Origin: Deinococcales bacterium
Lineage (GTDB): Bacteria; Deinococcota; Deinococci; Deinococcales; JAAFIG01
Direction: 5' to 3'
Assembly: GCA_031414595.1 (NCBI GenBank)
Contig: JANNVX010000075.1
Span: 1-64,000 of the forward strand
DNA: 64,000 nucleotides
Under the pieces are notes generated by a model, which did no database searches, had not been told where the DNA came from, and saw only the letters and a list, made by a program, of their open reading frames with translations. Made by a program: the position numbers and the translations under genes. Of this stretch, positions 19,820-30,055 are shown one piece after another (position 1 is the first letter of the stretch; the number at the start of each line of letters is the position of its first letter).

Positions 19820-21541
19820 TTACTTAGAAAGGTTCTTCCAAGTTGTACCAAATGAACCGCTGCCTAAAGGACTCCAAGTTTCAGCCAAACCTTTGATATT
19901 ATCGCGGTAAGTTAGGAATCCAACTTGGGCTGGCATTAAGACAGCAGGAACTTGGTCATAAGCCCGACGACCAATAGCCTTGTACAAGGTGACTCGAGCC
20001 GCCACGGTATCCGTACCTTTGGCTTGGTCAAGTAACTTGTCCATGGCTGGGTCAATGTAACTCAAACGACCCTTAAATGCACCACCTTCGGAGTGGTAGA
20101 AAGCCCGTAAGAAGTTGTCAGAATCTGGGTAATCGGCTGCCCAGCTACCAACATTGCTCGAGAGTTTGCCTTGGTCGGCTTTAGAAAGCAGTTCCGAGAA
20201 AGCAATTCCAACCACATTGACACGGAATTTTGAGCTGAGTTTTTCGATGTTGGCTTTGAATAACTCGGCAATTGTCTGACGACGGATATTACCTGTGTTG
20301 AAGTAGATATTAACTGTGAAACCATTAGACCAAACTTGACCACCAAAAGCCCGTTTCATAAAAGTGGCGGATTTCTCGGGGTCGTAAGTGTAGACAGGTA
20401 CGGTCTTGTCATAACCCAAGTAGGTGCTTGGCATTGCCATGGTGCGGATTTCGCCTTTGCCCAAGAAAATTTTAGAGATAATCACATTGGCATCAAAGGC
20501 ATAGGCAAAGGCTTTACGGACATTGATGTCGGAGAAGAAATTGGCAGGAATACCTTTACCATCTAGTTTACCACTGCCCAGTTCTTTGGGTTCTTTGATG
20601 TTCTGGTTCATAAAGTAGACTTCTGAAGCACTCGAGGGCAAATCATCAAGCACTTTTACGCCCGGTTGACCAGCCACTTGACTAAGGTTGGCTCGAGTTA
20701 AAACAGAGGCAATGTCGGTATCGCCTTTATTCAAAGCCAGCACTCGAGTGGCAAGTTCATCCACTTTTTGAATAATCACATTTTCGATTTTGGCTGCGCC
20801 ACCCCAGTAGTCTGGGAAGTGCTTAAAGACTTGTTGGGTGGCATTGCGGCTGACAAAGCGGTAAGCTCCAGTCCCATTTGGTTTTTGGCTCAGTGCCGAG
20901 TTTGCCATGTCTTTGCCAACCCAACTCTTCCAATCGGATTCGCCACCGCTCCATTCGCCCAAACCAACCGTGTATTTCTTTTCGACCACACTCATGGCGA
21001 GGTACGAGAGTTTAGCCAAAGCAGTTGGGTCTTTTTTCGGCATGGTGACAACAAATTGACCAGCCGCATTGCATTCGGCACTCTTGTTAATCATTGCCCA
21101 AGTGGTTGAGGCTTTGGTAGCATCTTCCCAGTACGGGAAACCGAGTAGGGTATCCGAAATATACGGGTAGGCTTCGGTGTCGTGGGTAATCAAATGACGT
21201 TCAAAGCTGTACTCGACATCACCACAAGTCATGACCGCGCCACTGTGGAACTTGACATTCTTACGCAATGTAAAGGTCAGGGTCTTACCATCATTTGAAA
21301 AACGCCAAGCGGTTGCCAAGGCTGGTTTAAGATTGGCTAAATCCCGACCTTCATAACCAATCAGGGTTTCGTACATGTTCTCAATACCCTCACCAGAAGC
21401 TGTGTCATAAGCCTGTGAAGGGTCGTGGGTGGTGATGTCACCAATGACCATGGCAACCAAGGTGTTGTTCGGCACGGCAGCAAAAGCCAGCATTGTCCCA
21501 AAACCAACGGCTAAGGTTGTGTAGAGCGCTTTTTTCTTCAT
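19820..21541 (-). CDS. ABC transporter substrate-binding protein, family 5
   Basis: Signal peptide, DP..AYD, YETLI, LATAW, GTGAY, WAADYPD; GGAGG RBS. Confidence 0.93.
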   Translation of the reverse strand: MKKKALYTTLAVGFGTMLAFAAVPNNTLVAMVIGDITTHDPSQAYDTASGEGIENMYETLIGYEGRDLANLKPALATAWRFSNDGKTLTFTLRKNVKFHSGAVMTCGDVEYSFERHLITHDTEAYPYISDTLLGFPYWEDATKASTTWAMINKSAECNAAGQFVVTMPKKDPTALAKLSYLAMSVVEKKYTVGLGEWSGGESDWKSWVGKDMANSALSQKPNGTGAYRFVSRNATQQVFKHFPDYWGGAAKIENVIIQKVDELATRVLALNKGDTDIASVLTRANLSQVAGQPGVKVLDDLPSSASEVYFMNQNIKEPKELGSGKLDGKGIPANFFSDINVRKAFAYAFDANVIISKIFLGKGEIRTMAMPSTYLGYDKTVPVYTYDPEKSATFMKRAFGGQVWSNGFTVNIYFNTGNIRRQTIAELFKANIEKLSSKFRVNVVGIAFSELLSKADQGKLSSNVGSWAADYPDSDNFLRAFYHSEGGAFKGRLSYIDPAMDKLLDQAKGTDTVAARVTLYKAIGRRAYDQVPAVLMPAQVGFLTYRDNIKGLAETWSPLGSGSFGTTWKNLSK

Positions 21542-21772
21542 AAATTCTCCTCCAAGAGCTACAAACCAACTTAGGGTACTTTCCCAAGTTTGCGATTTGC
21601 GTTGCGAGAGAATAGCACTAATGGCTTAGTGCCATAGCGAGGTTGTCAGATTTGTGACAATGGGGCAGGGTAGAAAGAGGAAAATAACCTTACTCTTTAC
21701 TTCTGCTTTTGGTCTCGAGTTGGAACGTTTAGAGCAAAAACCTCGTACAATGGTCTTAGGAGGAAATTCCCA

Positions 21773-22099
21773 ATGAAAAAATTTGATCCAAAACTCTTAT
21801 TGCTCCCCGCCGTTCTGGTGGCTGTCTTAGCAGCCTGTAGTGCTGAACAACAAAACCAAATCCGTCGTGATGTTCTAAACCTTGCCAATCAACGCCATTA
21901 CATTACGGTGTACAGCATAGATGGACAAGAAACCCTGCGTGGCGATGTGGACGGCAAAGTGACTCGAGCCGAATCTGGACAAGGACAAGGCACGGGTGGC
22001 GAGTACATCTACTGGTTTGACCCAAGTGGCAAGTATTACCAAACCAATATGCCCTACATTGTCACCACCGATGCAAACCGCACAGGGATAAAGAAGTAA
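21773..22099 (+). CDS. Hypothetical lipoprotein
   Basis: LAAC lipobox, AGGAGG RBS. Confidence 0.75.
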   Translation: MKKFDPKLLLLPAVLVAVLAACSAEQQNQIRRDVLNLANQRHYITVYSIDGQETLRGDVDGKVTRAESGQGQGTGGEYIYWFDPSGKYYQTNMPYIVTTDANRTGIKK

Positions 22100-22163
22100 G
22101 GCAAGGGCGAAAGACTACAAGGCAGGTTAAACCACTTGCCTTGTAGTCTTGTAGACTATTCCC

Positions 22164-23732
22164 ATGACCATTCAGATTCTTGATACGACCTTGCGTGATG
22201 GTGCTTTGGCTGGTGGGGTCACGCTGTCTACAGACGATAAACTGCGGCTTGCTCCGCTCATAGATTCGCTTGGGGTGCATGACCTCGAGTGTGGCTGGGC
22301 GAGTGTTTTTCCTAAAGACCTCGAGTTTTTTGAACGGGTCGCAGAACTTAAACTTCGCGCTCGAGTGGTGGCATTTGGGGCAACCCGCCGTCCGGAAACA
22401 CTGGTCAAAAAAGATAAGGGTCTCGAGTTGCTGCTGGCGTGTAACACCCCAGCCGTGAGTTTATATGGCAAGGTTTGGGGCTTACATGTCGAGAAGGTGT
22501 TGCGAACCACGTTAGCTGAAAATCTAAAAATGCTTTCCGACAGCGTGGCGTACATGCGTGAATCTGGGCGAGAAGTGATTCTGATGGCAGAACATTTTTT
22601 TGATGCGATGCGAGATTCACCCGAATACGCGCTCGAGTTTGTCAGAACCGCGCTCGAGGCTGGAGCAAACACGATTGTGCTGGCAGACAGCAACGGCTCG
22701 AGCTTACCCGCCGATATTCAAAATGGCGTGAAGCGTGTTCTCGAGTTCTCGAGTTCGCCAGTTGGGGTACATTTGCATAATGATTTTGGCTTGGCACTGG
22801 CAAATGCACTGGCGGCGTTTGAGGCTGGGGCAACTCATTTACAGGGCAGCGTCAATGGCTACGGCGCTCGCAATGGAATTACCGATTTAACCGCACTGTT
22901 GCCAATTCTTAAACTCAAACTTGGGCATGAGGTCGTCTCAGACCAGCAACTGACCCGTTTGACCCCAGTCGCACTCGAGGTTGCCGAAATTATTGGCAAA
23001 AGTGCCGAGATGGATGATGCGCCATTTGTTGGGCGCAGGGTTTTTGAACATAAAACCGATACCCATGTGGCGGCGGTTCTGACCAGCCCGGAAGCCTACG
23101 AAGCTGTGCCGCCCGAAAAAGTTGGCAATGCCCGTAAACTGATTATCCCCGGAGTCTCGAGACCCAGTTATTTAGCCAGAATTGCCGAGCAGTACGATGT
23201 CAATTTATCCGATGGTAGCGCCTCGAGTAACCGCATTTTAGCCGAATTAAAACGGCTTGAGGACACAGGTTATACCTTTGAGGATGCGCCCGCCAGTTTA
23301 GAACTGGCATTGGGGCAATTAACAGGAAAGTTTATCAAGGTTTTATCGGTTGAACGGGTGCGTTTATTTGATGCAATTCGTGGACGAGACCGCCCCGTGG
23401 TTGAAGCCAGTTTAAGCGTCCGCGTTGGCAATGAGGAAGAATATGTGGCAGCCGAAGCCACAGGACCCGTCAAAGCCTTCTTGAAAGCCATTAAAGCCGC
23501 CATTAAGCTATCTGAGGACAGTGGGATTGCCCTGTACGCCAGTAAACTCGAGACGGTCAGCCTAAAGGTGCGTAGCCTGAACAACCGCTCCGAGACACTG
23601 CGGGTCAGAGCCGCGATAACCTTTTCGGACGGCACACGCGACTGGACTTGTGTTGGCATTTCTGAAGATTTACTCGAGGCTTGCTGGAAAGCTCTGGTGG
23701 ATGGTGTCGAGTACGGCTTAGCCACCCGTTAA
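22164..23732 (+). CDS. Citramalate synthase/LeuA-family DRE-TIM protein (divergent motifs)
   Basis: DTTLRDG, AEHFFD, HLHND, C-terminal regulatory domain; several canonical residues altered. Confidence 0.8.
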   Translation: MTIQILDTTLRDGALAGGVTLSTDDKLRLAPLIDSLGVHDLECGWASVFPKDLEFFERVAELKLRARVVAFGATRRPETLVKKDKGLELLLACNTPAVSLYGKVWGLHVEKVLRTTLAENLKMLSDSVAYMRESGREVILMAEHFFDAMRDSPEYALEFVRTALEAGANTIVLADSNGSSLPADIQNGVKRVLEFSSSPVGVHLHNDFGLALANALAAFEAGATHLQGSVNGYGARNGITDLTALLPILKLKLGHEVVSDQQLTRLTPVALEVAEIIGKSAEMDDAPFVGRRVFEHKTDTHVAAVLTSPEAYEAVPPEKVGNARKLIIPGVSRPSYLARIAEQYDVNLSDGSASSNRILAELKRLEDTGYTFEDAPASLELALGQLTGKFIKVLSVERVRLFDAIRGRDRPVVEASLSVRVGNEEEYVAAEATGPVKAFLKAIKAAIKLSEDSGIALYASKLETVSLKVRSLNNRSETLRVRAAITFSDGTRDWTCVGISEDLLEACWKALVDGVEYGLATR

Positions 23733-23797
23733 TAATTACGTCTGAGGCTTTTATGGCTAGAAGCTAAACTACTCGTTAGTGTTATTATTTGATTCCG

Positions 23798-24583
23798 ATG
23801 TCGCTCGAGACTGCTTTTGGAAAACTAACCTTGATTGGCGGCGGATACCATTCGCGGGTCTATGCCAATGACCGTGACGAAATTATTAAAGTTTATAAGC
23901 ACAACACGGGAATGCACCGCCTAGAAGCGACCAACATGACTCGAGCAGGGCTGGGCGAATGGTTGGTTGGTACATTTGAAGTGGCTGAACAAGAAGCCTT
24001 GGTGATGAAGCGCTTTGAAGGTGCGCCAGTCAACGCAAAAAATGTAGTTTCGGCGTTACCCGCCCTTGGTGTTTTTTTGCGTCAAATGCACCAAGATAAA
24101 CAAGAATTTGTAGATACCAATCAAATTCGACAAAAAATCGAGCGTTTTAGAATCAGCTTAAAAGCCTTTGAAAAACCGCTTGAACCAATGTTTACTCGAG
24201 TACAAAAAGCCTTGGAGTCAAACCTGCTCGAGGTTCAAAGTAGTTTTTGTCATTTAGACCTGTGGTTTGAAAACATTCTTTTTGCTCCACCAAACCAAGT
24301 GCGGGTGGTGGATTGGCACAAAGCAGCTTTAGACGACCCCGCCAGAGATTATGCGCTGCTTTTTACGGGTACACTTGAATTACTTCCAATAGAAACAGCC
24401 ACCCACGAAATTCTAAAATTAGCCCAAGCCGAAAACCTCGAGCCGCGCTTACCCGCCTATGTTGCCTTATCTACTCTGCACGACCTGCACTGGTTTCTTG
24501 AAAAGAATCCCGATGGTTTCCAAGCGGCGTATGACTTAAAAGTGCCTCGAATTACTTGGTTTCTAAAAGCCTTAACGCCGTAA
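23798..24583 (+). CDS. Aminoglycoside phosphotransferase/choline kinase family protein
   Basis: GG loop, HLDLWFENIL, VVDW, DPARDY. Confidence 0.8.
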   Translation: MSLETAFGKLTLIGGGYHSRVYANDRDEIIKVYKHNTGMHRLEATNMTRAGLGEWLVGTFEVAEQEALVMKRFEGAPVNAKNVVSALPALGVFLRQMHQDKQEFVDTNQIRQKIERFRISLKAFEKPLEPMFTRVQKALESNLLEVQSSFCHLDLWFENILFAPPNQVRVVDWHKAALDDPARDYALLFTGTLELLPIETATHEILKLAQAENLEPRLPAYVALSTLHDLHWFLEKNPDGFQAAYDLKVPRITWFLKALTP

Positions 24584-24871
24584 TAATAAACCAATCAGCA
24601 CTGCCACTGCCACACCAAAAAACGCCAAAGCAATGTTGACTCGAGTATCTTTTGTCACGCCTTTATCTTGCCAAACAAGCACCGCCCCAGAAAGTGGCAC
24701 AAGCATCAGCACACCAATCCCCAGCCAAAGCACGAGACGAAGAAAAATACCGACTGCCAAAAACAAAAGTGCAGCACTAAGCCCAAGCCCAAAAACTCGA
24801 GCCAATTGCTGTTCTAGGGTAAAAGCACTTCCTCTATTCTCTCTCATCTTTCCTCTGCTTTTTATAACCAA
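24572..24871 (-). CDS. Small membrane protein, partner of the TSUP transporter
   Basis: Three hydrophobic segments; overlaps the TSUP stop. Confidence 0.65.
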   Translation of the reverse strand: MVIKSRGKMRENRGSAFTLEQQLARVFGLGLSAALLFLAVGIFLRLVLWLGIGVLMLVPLSGAVLVWQDKGVTKDTRVNIALAFFGVAVAVLIGLLLRR

Positions 24872-25632
24872 TACTTCTTAAATAAATCAAAAGCACTGTA
24901 CAGCACCAAGGCACTAAACATCAGTTTTAAGGTTCGCACCGGTACTCGAGTCGCCCAGCCACTCGAGATTCGCGCCCCAATCAGTATCCCAAGAGCAATA
25001 GCGCCCGCCAGTTCTGGCTCGAGTTTGCCACTGGCAATTTGAATGCTGGCGTTGGCAATAGCTGTAAAACCCATCATAAAGGTACTGGTTGCCACGGCTG
25101 CCCGAAAAGGCAAACCGACCAAAAGATTCAAGACTGGCACTTGAATTGTGCCGCCGCCAATGCCAAGTAAACCGCTCATGATGCCCCCAAAAACAAGGGC
25201 TGGCTTTGCCAATTTAGACGGCTCTGGGCGTTCCGTATCGGCTTTGTTTAAGCCTCGAATCAGTTCAAAAGCGGTATAGCAAAGCAGCACCGCAAAAATT
25301 GTAGCAATCAGCTTTGGCTCAAGAACCAACAGCAACAACGACCCGATAATCCCACCAAAAACCGTTAAAGGTGCAAGAGCATAAGCCGTTTGAAAGCGCA
25401 CAAAACCACCTTTTGCCAAGTACCCAGCGCTTGAAGCCACCGCCACCGAAAGTACCCCAAGTTGTGAAGCAGCAATGATTTGTTGCAGGGTATGCGGACT
25501 CGAGAGAAACTGACCGCCCAATAGTTCCATGGTTGGTACAACCACCACCCCACCGCCCAGCCCGAGCATTGCACCGAGACCACCAGCCAATAAGCCAGTC
25601 ACCAATGGAAAAAAAATGTCAAGCCAATTCAT
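24862..25632 (-). CDS. Sulfite exporter TauE/SafE (TSUP) family
   Basis: GLGGGVVVVP and GIGGGTIQVP repeats, AVATS. Confidence 0.9.
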   Translation of the reverse strand: MNWLDIFFPLVTGLLAGGLGAMLGLGGGVVVVPTMELLGGQFLSSPHTLQQIIAASQLGVLSVAVASSAGYLAKGGFVRFQTAYALAPLTVFGGIIGSLLLLVLEPKLIATIFAVLLCYTAFELIRGLNKADTERPEPSKLAKPALVFGGIMSGLLGIGGGTIQVPVLNLLVGLPFRAAVATSTFMMGFTAIANASIQIASGKLEPELAGAIALGILIGARISSGWATRVPVRTLKLMFSALVLYSAFDLFKKYWL

Positions 25633-25745
25633 ATTGCCCTTTTTTAGCTTTGATTTTATACGTTTAGCTTAGCGCCAAGCATACCATTAACAAAATTTAT
25701 GCGCCGCCTAATGGGTTAGCCAAGTAAACACGGTATGCTCTGAAC

Positions 25746-26153
25746 ATGATTCCTCGGGACTCCTCGAGATTACCCGACCCACCACGCCATGCACCAAAGC
25801 GCGACTGGGTAAAGAATTTTTTGTATGCTACCAATGGGATTGCCTATGCGTGGCGCACCGAACGCAATTTTAGGCTCGAGGCGTATATTTCGAGTCTGGT
25901 AATTGTATTGGCACTGTTTTTAGGTCTCAACCTTGTGCCTGTGCTTTTATGTTGCGCCCTAGTGATGAGCTTAGAGTTACTGAACACCGCCCTCGAAGCG
26001 ATTGTGGATTTGGTCTCGCCGACTTATCATCCTTTGGCTAAAATTGCCAAAGATGTCGCGGCTGGAGCGGTGCTGCTCTCGAGTGTTAGCAGTTTACTGA
26101 TTGGCTTGTATTTATTTATCCCTGTGATTATTTCCCGAGTCTCGAGTCCCTAG
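25746..26153 (+). CDS. dgkA: Diacylglycerol/undecaprenol kinase family
   Basis: ERNFR, ELLNTALEAIVD, AKIAKDVAAGAV. Confidence 0.88.
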   Translation: MIPRDSSRLPDPPRHAPKRDWVKNFLYATNGIAYAWRTERNFRLEAYISSLVIVLALFLGLNLVPVLLCCALVMSLELLNTALEAIVDLVSPTYHPLAKIAKDVAAGAVLLSSVSSLLIGLYLFIPVIISRVSSP

Positions 26154-26997
26154 CTTGGTAGGCACGTAAAGCCCGCAAAAAATCTATGCGCCGAAAATCG
26201 GGCCAATTGGCTTCGCAAAAGTAATACTCCGAATAAGCACTTTGCCAAAGCATAAAACCACCTAGTCTAATTTCGCCACTGGTACGAATAATAAAGTCTG
26301 GGTCGGGCAAATCGGCGGTGTATAAATGCTGACCAATGGCTTCTGGCTCGAGGCTGGCAGCGATATTTGTGGGGGTTTCGCCCGCTTTAGAAATCAAGAG
26401 TTTTTTGACCGCATCCACAATTTCTTCGCGTCCACCGTACCCCACCGCAATGTTTAAGGTCATGCCGTCGTAATGCTTGGTGGCAGTCTCGAGGTCACGC
26501 AGACTGGCAAGCACATCCTCGGGGAATAGATCGTGTCTGCCAATTGCCCTAACCCGCACCCGATTGCCATGAATCCGCGGGTCAACTGCCAAATTACGCG
26601 CCTCACGCTCAAAAAGCTGCATTAAATGCTGCACTTCGTCCTTACCGCGTTTGGTAAAATTATCGGTGCTGAGAACCCAAATGGTAGCGGCTGGAATGCC
26701 AAGGTCTAAGCACCAGCCCAAAACCTCATGGGCTTTATCCACCCCAAATTCGTAGCCAGCCGCGCCGTCCAAACCAAGGGCTTTGGCAAAACGACGGTTG
26801 CCATCCAAAATAAGCCCAATGTGCTTGGGCATGGTCTGGCTTTTGACCGCCGTCTCGAGACGCTGCTGATATAAGGCATAAAGCGGTTGCAATAAGCCCC
26901 GAGCAACACGGATGACTTGGGAACGCCAACTTGGAGCGGCTTGGGGTACTTGGGTCATTGCCTCTAGTCTAACCTGCGTTGGCGGGGTTGTGAACAT
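26128..26997 (-). CDS. cis-isoprenyl diphosphate synthase (UppS family); exact start uncertain
   Basis: HIGLILDGNRR, STDNF, YGGREE, IRTSGEIRL. Confidence 0.9.
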   Translation of the reverse strand: MFTTPPTQVRLEAMTQVPQAAPSWRSQVIRVARGLLQPLYALYQQRLETAVKSQTMPKHIGLILDGNRRFAKALGLDGAAGYEFGVDKAHEVLGWCLDLGIPAATIWVLSTDNFTKRGKDEVQHLMQLFEREARNLAVDPRIHGNRVRVRAIGRHDLFPEDVLASLRDLETATKHYDGMTLNIAVGYGGREEIVDAVKKLLISKAGETPTNIAASLEPEAIGQHLYTADLPDPDFIIRTSGEIRLGGFMLWQSAYSEYYFCEANWPDFRRIDFLRALRAYQARDSRLGK

Positions 26998-27067
26998 AGC
27001 AGCAGGATATAGAACTTTAGATGAGGGGGTTTTCATGGATAAGAGGCTATGAGCTTTGAGTCTTGAG

Positions 27068-27922
27068 CTATCTTCTTGCTGTCCCACCAAACAAGGCACT
27101 TAAGGGAAATGCAAAGGCTTGTAATCCAGGCACTTCAAGACTGGGCGAACCCGTAATTTGAAAATCAAAATTCCCACCCAAAATAGCTGCCCCCGCCGAG
27201 ATTGGGTCTATTTGAAAACGGGTATAAATTACGCCTTTGCCACTGGCAGGGACTGCGCCTCCCGCTTCGGCTTTGGCTAGGATTCGACCACCAACTGTCA
27301 GGTTCAAAGGGGCAACCAGGCGGTAGCCAATCGGGGCTGGGTTGGTGACTTCAAAGCCGAGGTCAAGGACAGCCCCACCAAGTCCAACGGTTAAACGGGT
27401 TAAATCGGAACGAAAAGCAAAACTAGGTGGGGTACTGGCTAGACTTGGGGCTTGGTATGCACCTTGGGCAATCACAAAAGGACCAAAACGTGGTTTGCCA
27501 AGTGCGCCAGCATCCACCGCAAATGAACCTTCTAAGCGGTACTCGACTCTCGAGCCTGTGACAATCTTAAACATGCTTTGTAAAGAACTCGGGTCTATCG
27601 GAATTGTCACATCTACAGGGACATTGCTAGGGACACCATTGGCTTTCATATTAAAACCAGGGGTGCTGCCAGCCGCCACTTTTTTACCATCTAAGTACAT
27701 GTCAAACTTCATTTCGGTTAAGCCAAGGTCAATCGGATTTGGGTTTCGAGCAGTCAGCAACACCCGAATAATCGCTTCTGGGGCAACCCCATTTAATCCG
27801 GGTGGGTTTAAGCGCAGTAGACCCGCTTCACGCATTTCAAACTGAGGTGTTTGCACCAAATTGGGGATGCAGCCCACCAAAACCAAGACCAATGCCGCCA
27901 GTATCACCGAAATCTTTTTCAT
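27068..27922 (-). CDS. Lipoprotein with LEA_2-like domains
   Basis: LVGC lipobox, NPNP and NPAP motifs in two beta domains. Confidence 0.75.
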   Translation of the reverse strand: MKKISVILAALVLVLVGCIPNLVQTPQFEMREAGLLRLNPPGLNGVAPEAIIRVLLTARNPNPIDLGLTEMKFDMYLDGKKVAAGSTPGFNMKANGVPSNVPVDVTIPIDPSSLQSMFKIVTGSRVEYRLEGSFAVDAGALGKPRFGPFVIAQGAYQAPSLASTPPSFAFRSDLTRLTVGLGGAVLDLGFEVTNPAPIGYRLVAPLNLTVGGRILAKAEAGGAVPASGKGVIYTRFQIDPISAGAAILGGNFDFQITGSPSLEVPGLQAFAFPLSALFGGTARR

Positions 27923-27958
27923 GACTCGAGTCTAGCGCATTTAGAGATGAAAAGTGAT

Positions 27959-28324
27959 TTAGGTCTTATTTACGGGCTTTTCGCCAAGCACTTGACTGAC
28001 GATTGAACTGGTAATGGACAGTAAAACTGAAGCAATCACGGCTGCCAAGAAGCCACCCGTCTCGAGGGTCGTAAAAGCCGCCACCAAACTAAAAATAATC
28101 CCATTGACCACCAAGGCAAATAATCCAAGGGTCAGGATCGTAACGGGTAGTGCCAAAATTTGCAGAATCGGTTGCAGTACCGCATTTGCCCCACCCAATG
28201 CCATACCAGCAATCAGGTATGAAGCCGCTCCGCCACGTTCAAACCAAATCAGACTTGGAAAAATAGCACTGACAATCCACAAGGCAAAGGCGTTAATCAC
28301 CACCCGCATTACAAAATTTCTCAT
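27959..28324 (-). CDS. 4-TM membrane protein (phage holin-like/YvlD family)
   Basis: PILQILALPVTILTLGLFALVVNG. Confidence 0.85.
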   Translation of the reverse strand: MRNFVMRVVINAFALWIVSAIFPSLIWFERGGAASYLIAGMALGGANAVLQPILQILALPVTILTLGLFALVVNGIIFSLVAAFTTLETGGFLAAVIASVLLSITSSIVSQVLGEKPVNKT

Positions 28325-28752
28325 TCGGGATTCTCCTTGCCAACACTGGGCATCAGTAACCAAGCAACCGCGTAAGCAATAATCCCCACACCACCAAAGA
28401 TGGCTAAGAACAACATCGCAATTCGGACAAGACTGACATCGAATTTGTAATACTTGGCAAGACCGGCACAAACACCCGCCAGCAAACGCTCTTTGACAGG
28501 GCGCAGTAACCCATTGACCAGTGGCAACACTTCAGGCTCGAGTTCAGTTGCCACAGTAGGCAAAATAAAAATTGCTGCCAGATAAGCAAAAACAATCAAA
28601 CCAAGCAACTGCGGTAAAATCGCACCAGACAGCAACAACACCAACAAGCCACCACGCAACCAGAGCGGATGAATCCCACTGTACCAAGCCAGACCACTGA
28701 TGACCCCAGCAATCACTCGGTCTCTTTTGAATTTATACCAACGTTTTTCCAT
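28321..28752 (-). CDS. Tandem PspC-domain protein
   Basis: DRVIAGVISGLA and ERLLAGVCAGLAKY..YAVAWLLMP. Confidence 0.88.
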   Translation of the reverse strand: MEKRWYKFKRDRVIAGVISGLAWYSGIHPLWLRGGLLVLLLSGAILPQLLGLIVFAYLAAIFILPTVATELEPEVLPLVNGLLRPVKERLLAGVCAGLAKYYKFDVSLVRIAMLFLAIFGGVGIIAYAVAWLLMPSVGKENPE

Positions 28753-28804
28753 AATTATAACTACGCGGTTTGCTTGGCTCGAGTTCCCATTGGTTAAAGA
28801 TAGC

Positions 28805-30040
28805 TTAAGTATTGGCTAAATGCAGCATCGTTCGTGCCAGTACCTCGACTCCTCTGGCAATATCTTCAGGCGCAGCGTATTCATCGGGGCGATGCGAAAC
28901 TCCAGCCCGACAGGGAATAAAAATCATTGCCATTGGTGCAACCCGAGCCATAAATAACGAATCGTGGTATGCCCTCGAGACCATTTCTAGGCTCGAGAGA
29001 TTCATCTCTTTAACAGCCGCCCGAATTGCCGCCAATATATTTGGGTCTGACTGGGCGGGTGGGTCGGCGTTAATCATTTGGGTGGTGGCGATAATGTTAC
29101 GCCGTTCCGACACGGTTTTGATTGACTCAAGAACGTGCTGCACGGCTTGGTCACGCCTCGTACCATCGGTATCTCGAATATCAATGCCTAAACGCACTTG
29201 ACTAGGAATGCTGTTAATTGCCCCAGGGTGAACCTCGAGAATGCCAGTTGTTCCAACGGTATCCTCGCAGTTTGTTTGCAGCGCAGCTTCTTCGACTGCC
29301 AACGTAATTTCAGCCGCCGCCAGCAGCGCATCGCGCCGACCCGACATTAAACGCGCTCCAGCATGACCGCCTTCGCCGTGCAGATGCACAAAAAAACTGG
29401 CTGGTGCAGCAATCGCACCCACCACACCAATCTGAATTTGTTGTTGCTCGAGTAGTGGGGCTTGTTCGATGTGCAGTTCCACAAAACCCGCATAGTAATC
29501 TGGCGGCAACAAGACTGTTTCTAGCGGCGCGGTATAACCTGCCTCTGCTCGAGCCGCCTCAAAACCGATGCCATCCGAATCCTTTAAGGCGCGTACCTGT
29601 TCGAGTTCAATTGCTCCAGACAGTACCCTCGAGCCAAGGCAGCCCAAGCCAAAACGGGTTGGTTCTTCGGAAGTAAACATCAGCACTTCAAGACTGCGCG
29701 AATGGGTTAGACCACTGCGTTTAATGGCTCTCAGTGCCTCGAGACCACCTAACACGCCAACCGTTCCGTCATACATCCCTGAAAAAGGAATCGCGTCATT
29801 ATGCGAACCTGTACCAATCGCAGGTAAATTTGGCAATGCCCCCTCGAGCCGAATAAAGGTATTGCCCAGTGCATCCTCACGATACGATAAGCCTGCCTCG
29901 AGTGCCTGAAGTTTAAGCCAAGCCCGCGCTCGCATGTCTTGCCGCGTCCACAACACCCGTGTTACGGCTGGGGCTGGGGCATCCGAGAAAGAACTCAGTT
30001 TCTCGAGTTCGGCTTGCAGTTTTTCTATATCAATCTTCAT
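28805..30040 (-). CDS. M20 Zn amidohydrolase (allantoate/ureidoglycolate amidohydrolase)
   Basis: GSHND, YDGTVG, EE, ELHIEQ, GHAG, HD, SHRPDE; adjacent to allE. Confidence 0.88.
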   Translation of the reverse strand: MKIDIEKLQAELEKLSSFSDAPAPAVTRVLWTRQDMRARAWLKLQALEAGLSYREDALGNTFIRLEGALPNLPAIGTGSHNDAIPFSGMYDGTVGVLGGLEALRAIKRSGLTHSRSLEVLMFTSEEPTRFGLGCLGSRVLSGAIELEQVRALKDSDGIGFEAARAEAGYTAPLETVLLPPDYYAGFVELHIEQAPLLEQQQIQIGVVGAIAAPASFFVHLHGEGGHAGARLMSGRRDALLAAAEITLAVEEAALQTNCEDTVGTTGILEVHPGAINSIPSQVRLGIDIRDTDGTRRDQAVQHVLESIKTVSERRNIIATTQMINADPPAQSDPNILAAIRAAVKEMNLSSLEMVSRAYHDSLFMARVAPMAMIFIPCRAGVSHRPDEYAAPEDIARGVEVLARTMLHLANT

Positions 30041-30055
30041 CTATAGACCTCAACC

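Noticed and set aside
27959-28324. Prophage inferred from the holin-family gene
   Set aside because: It sits with PspC in an envelope-stress context; no phage genes nearby.
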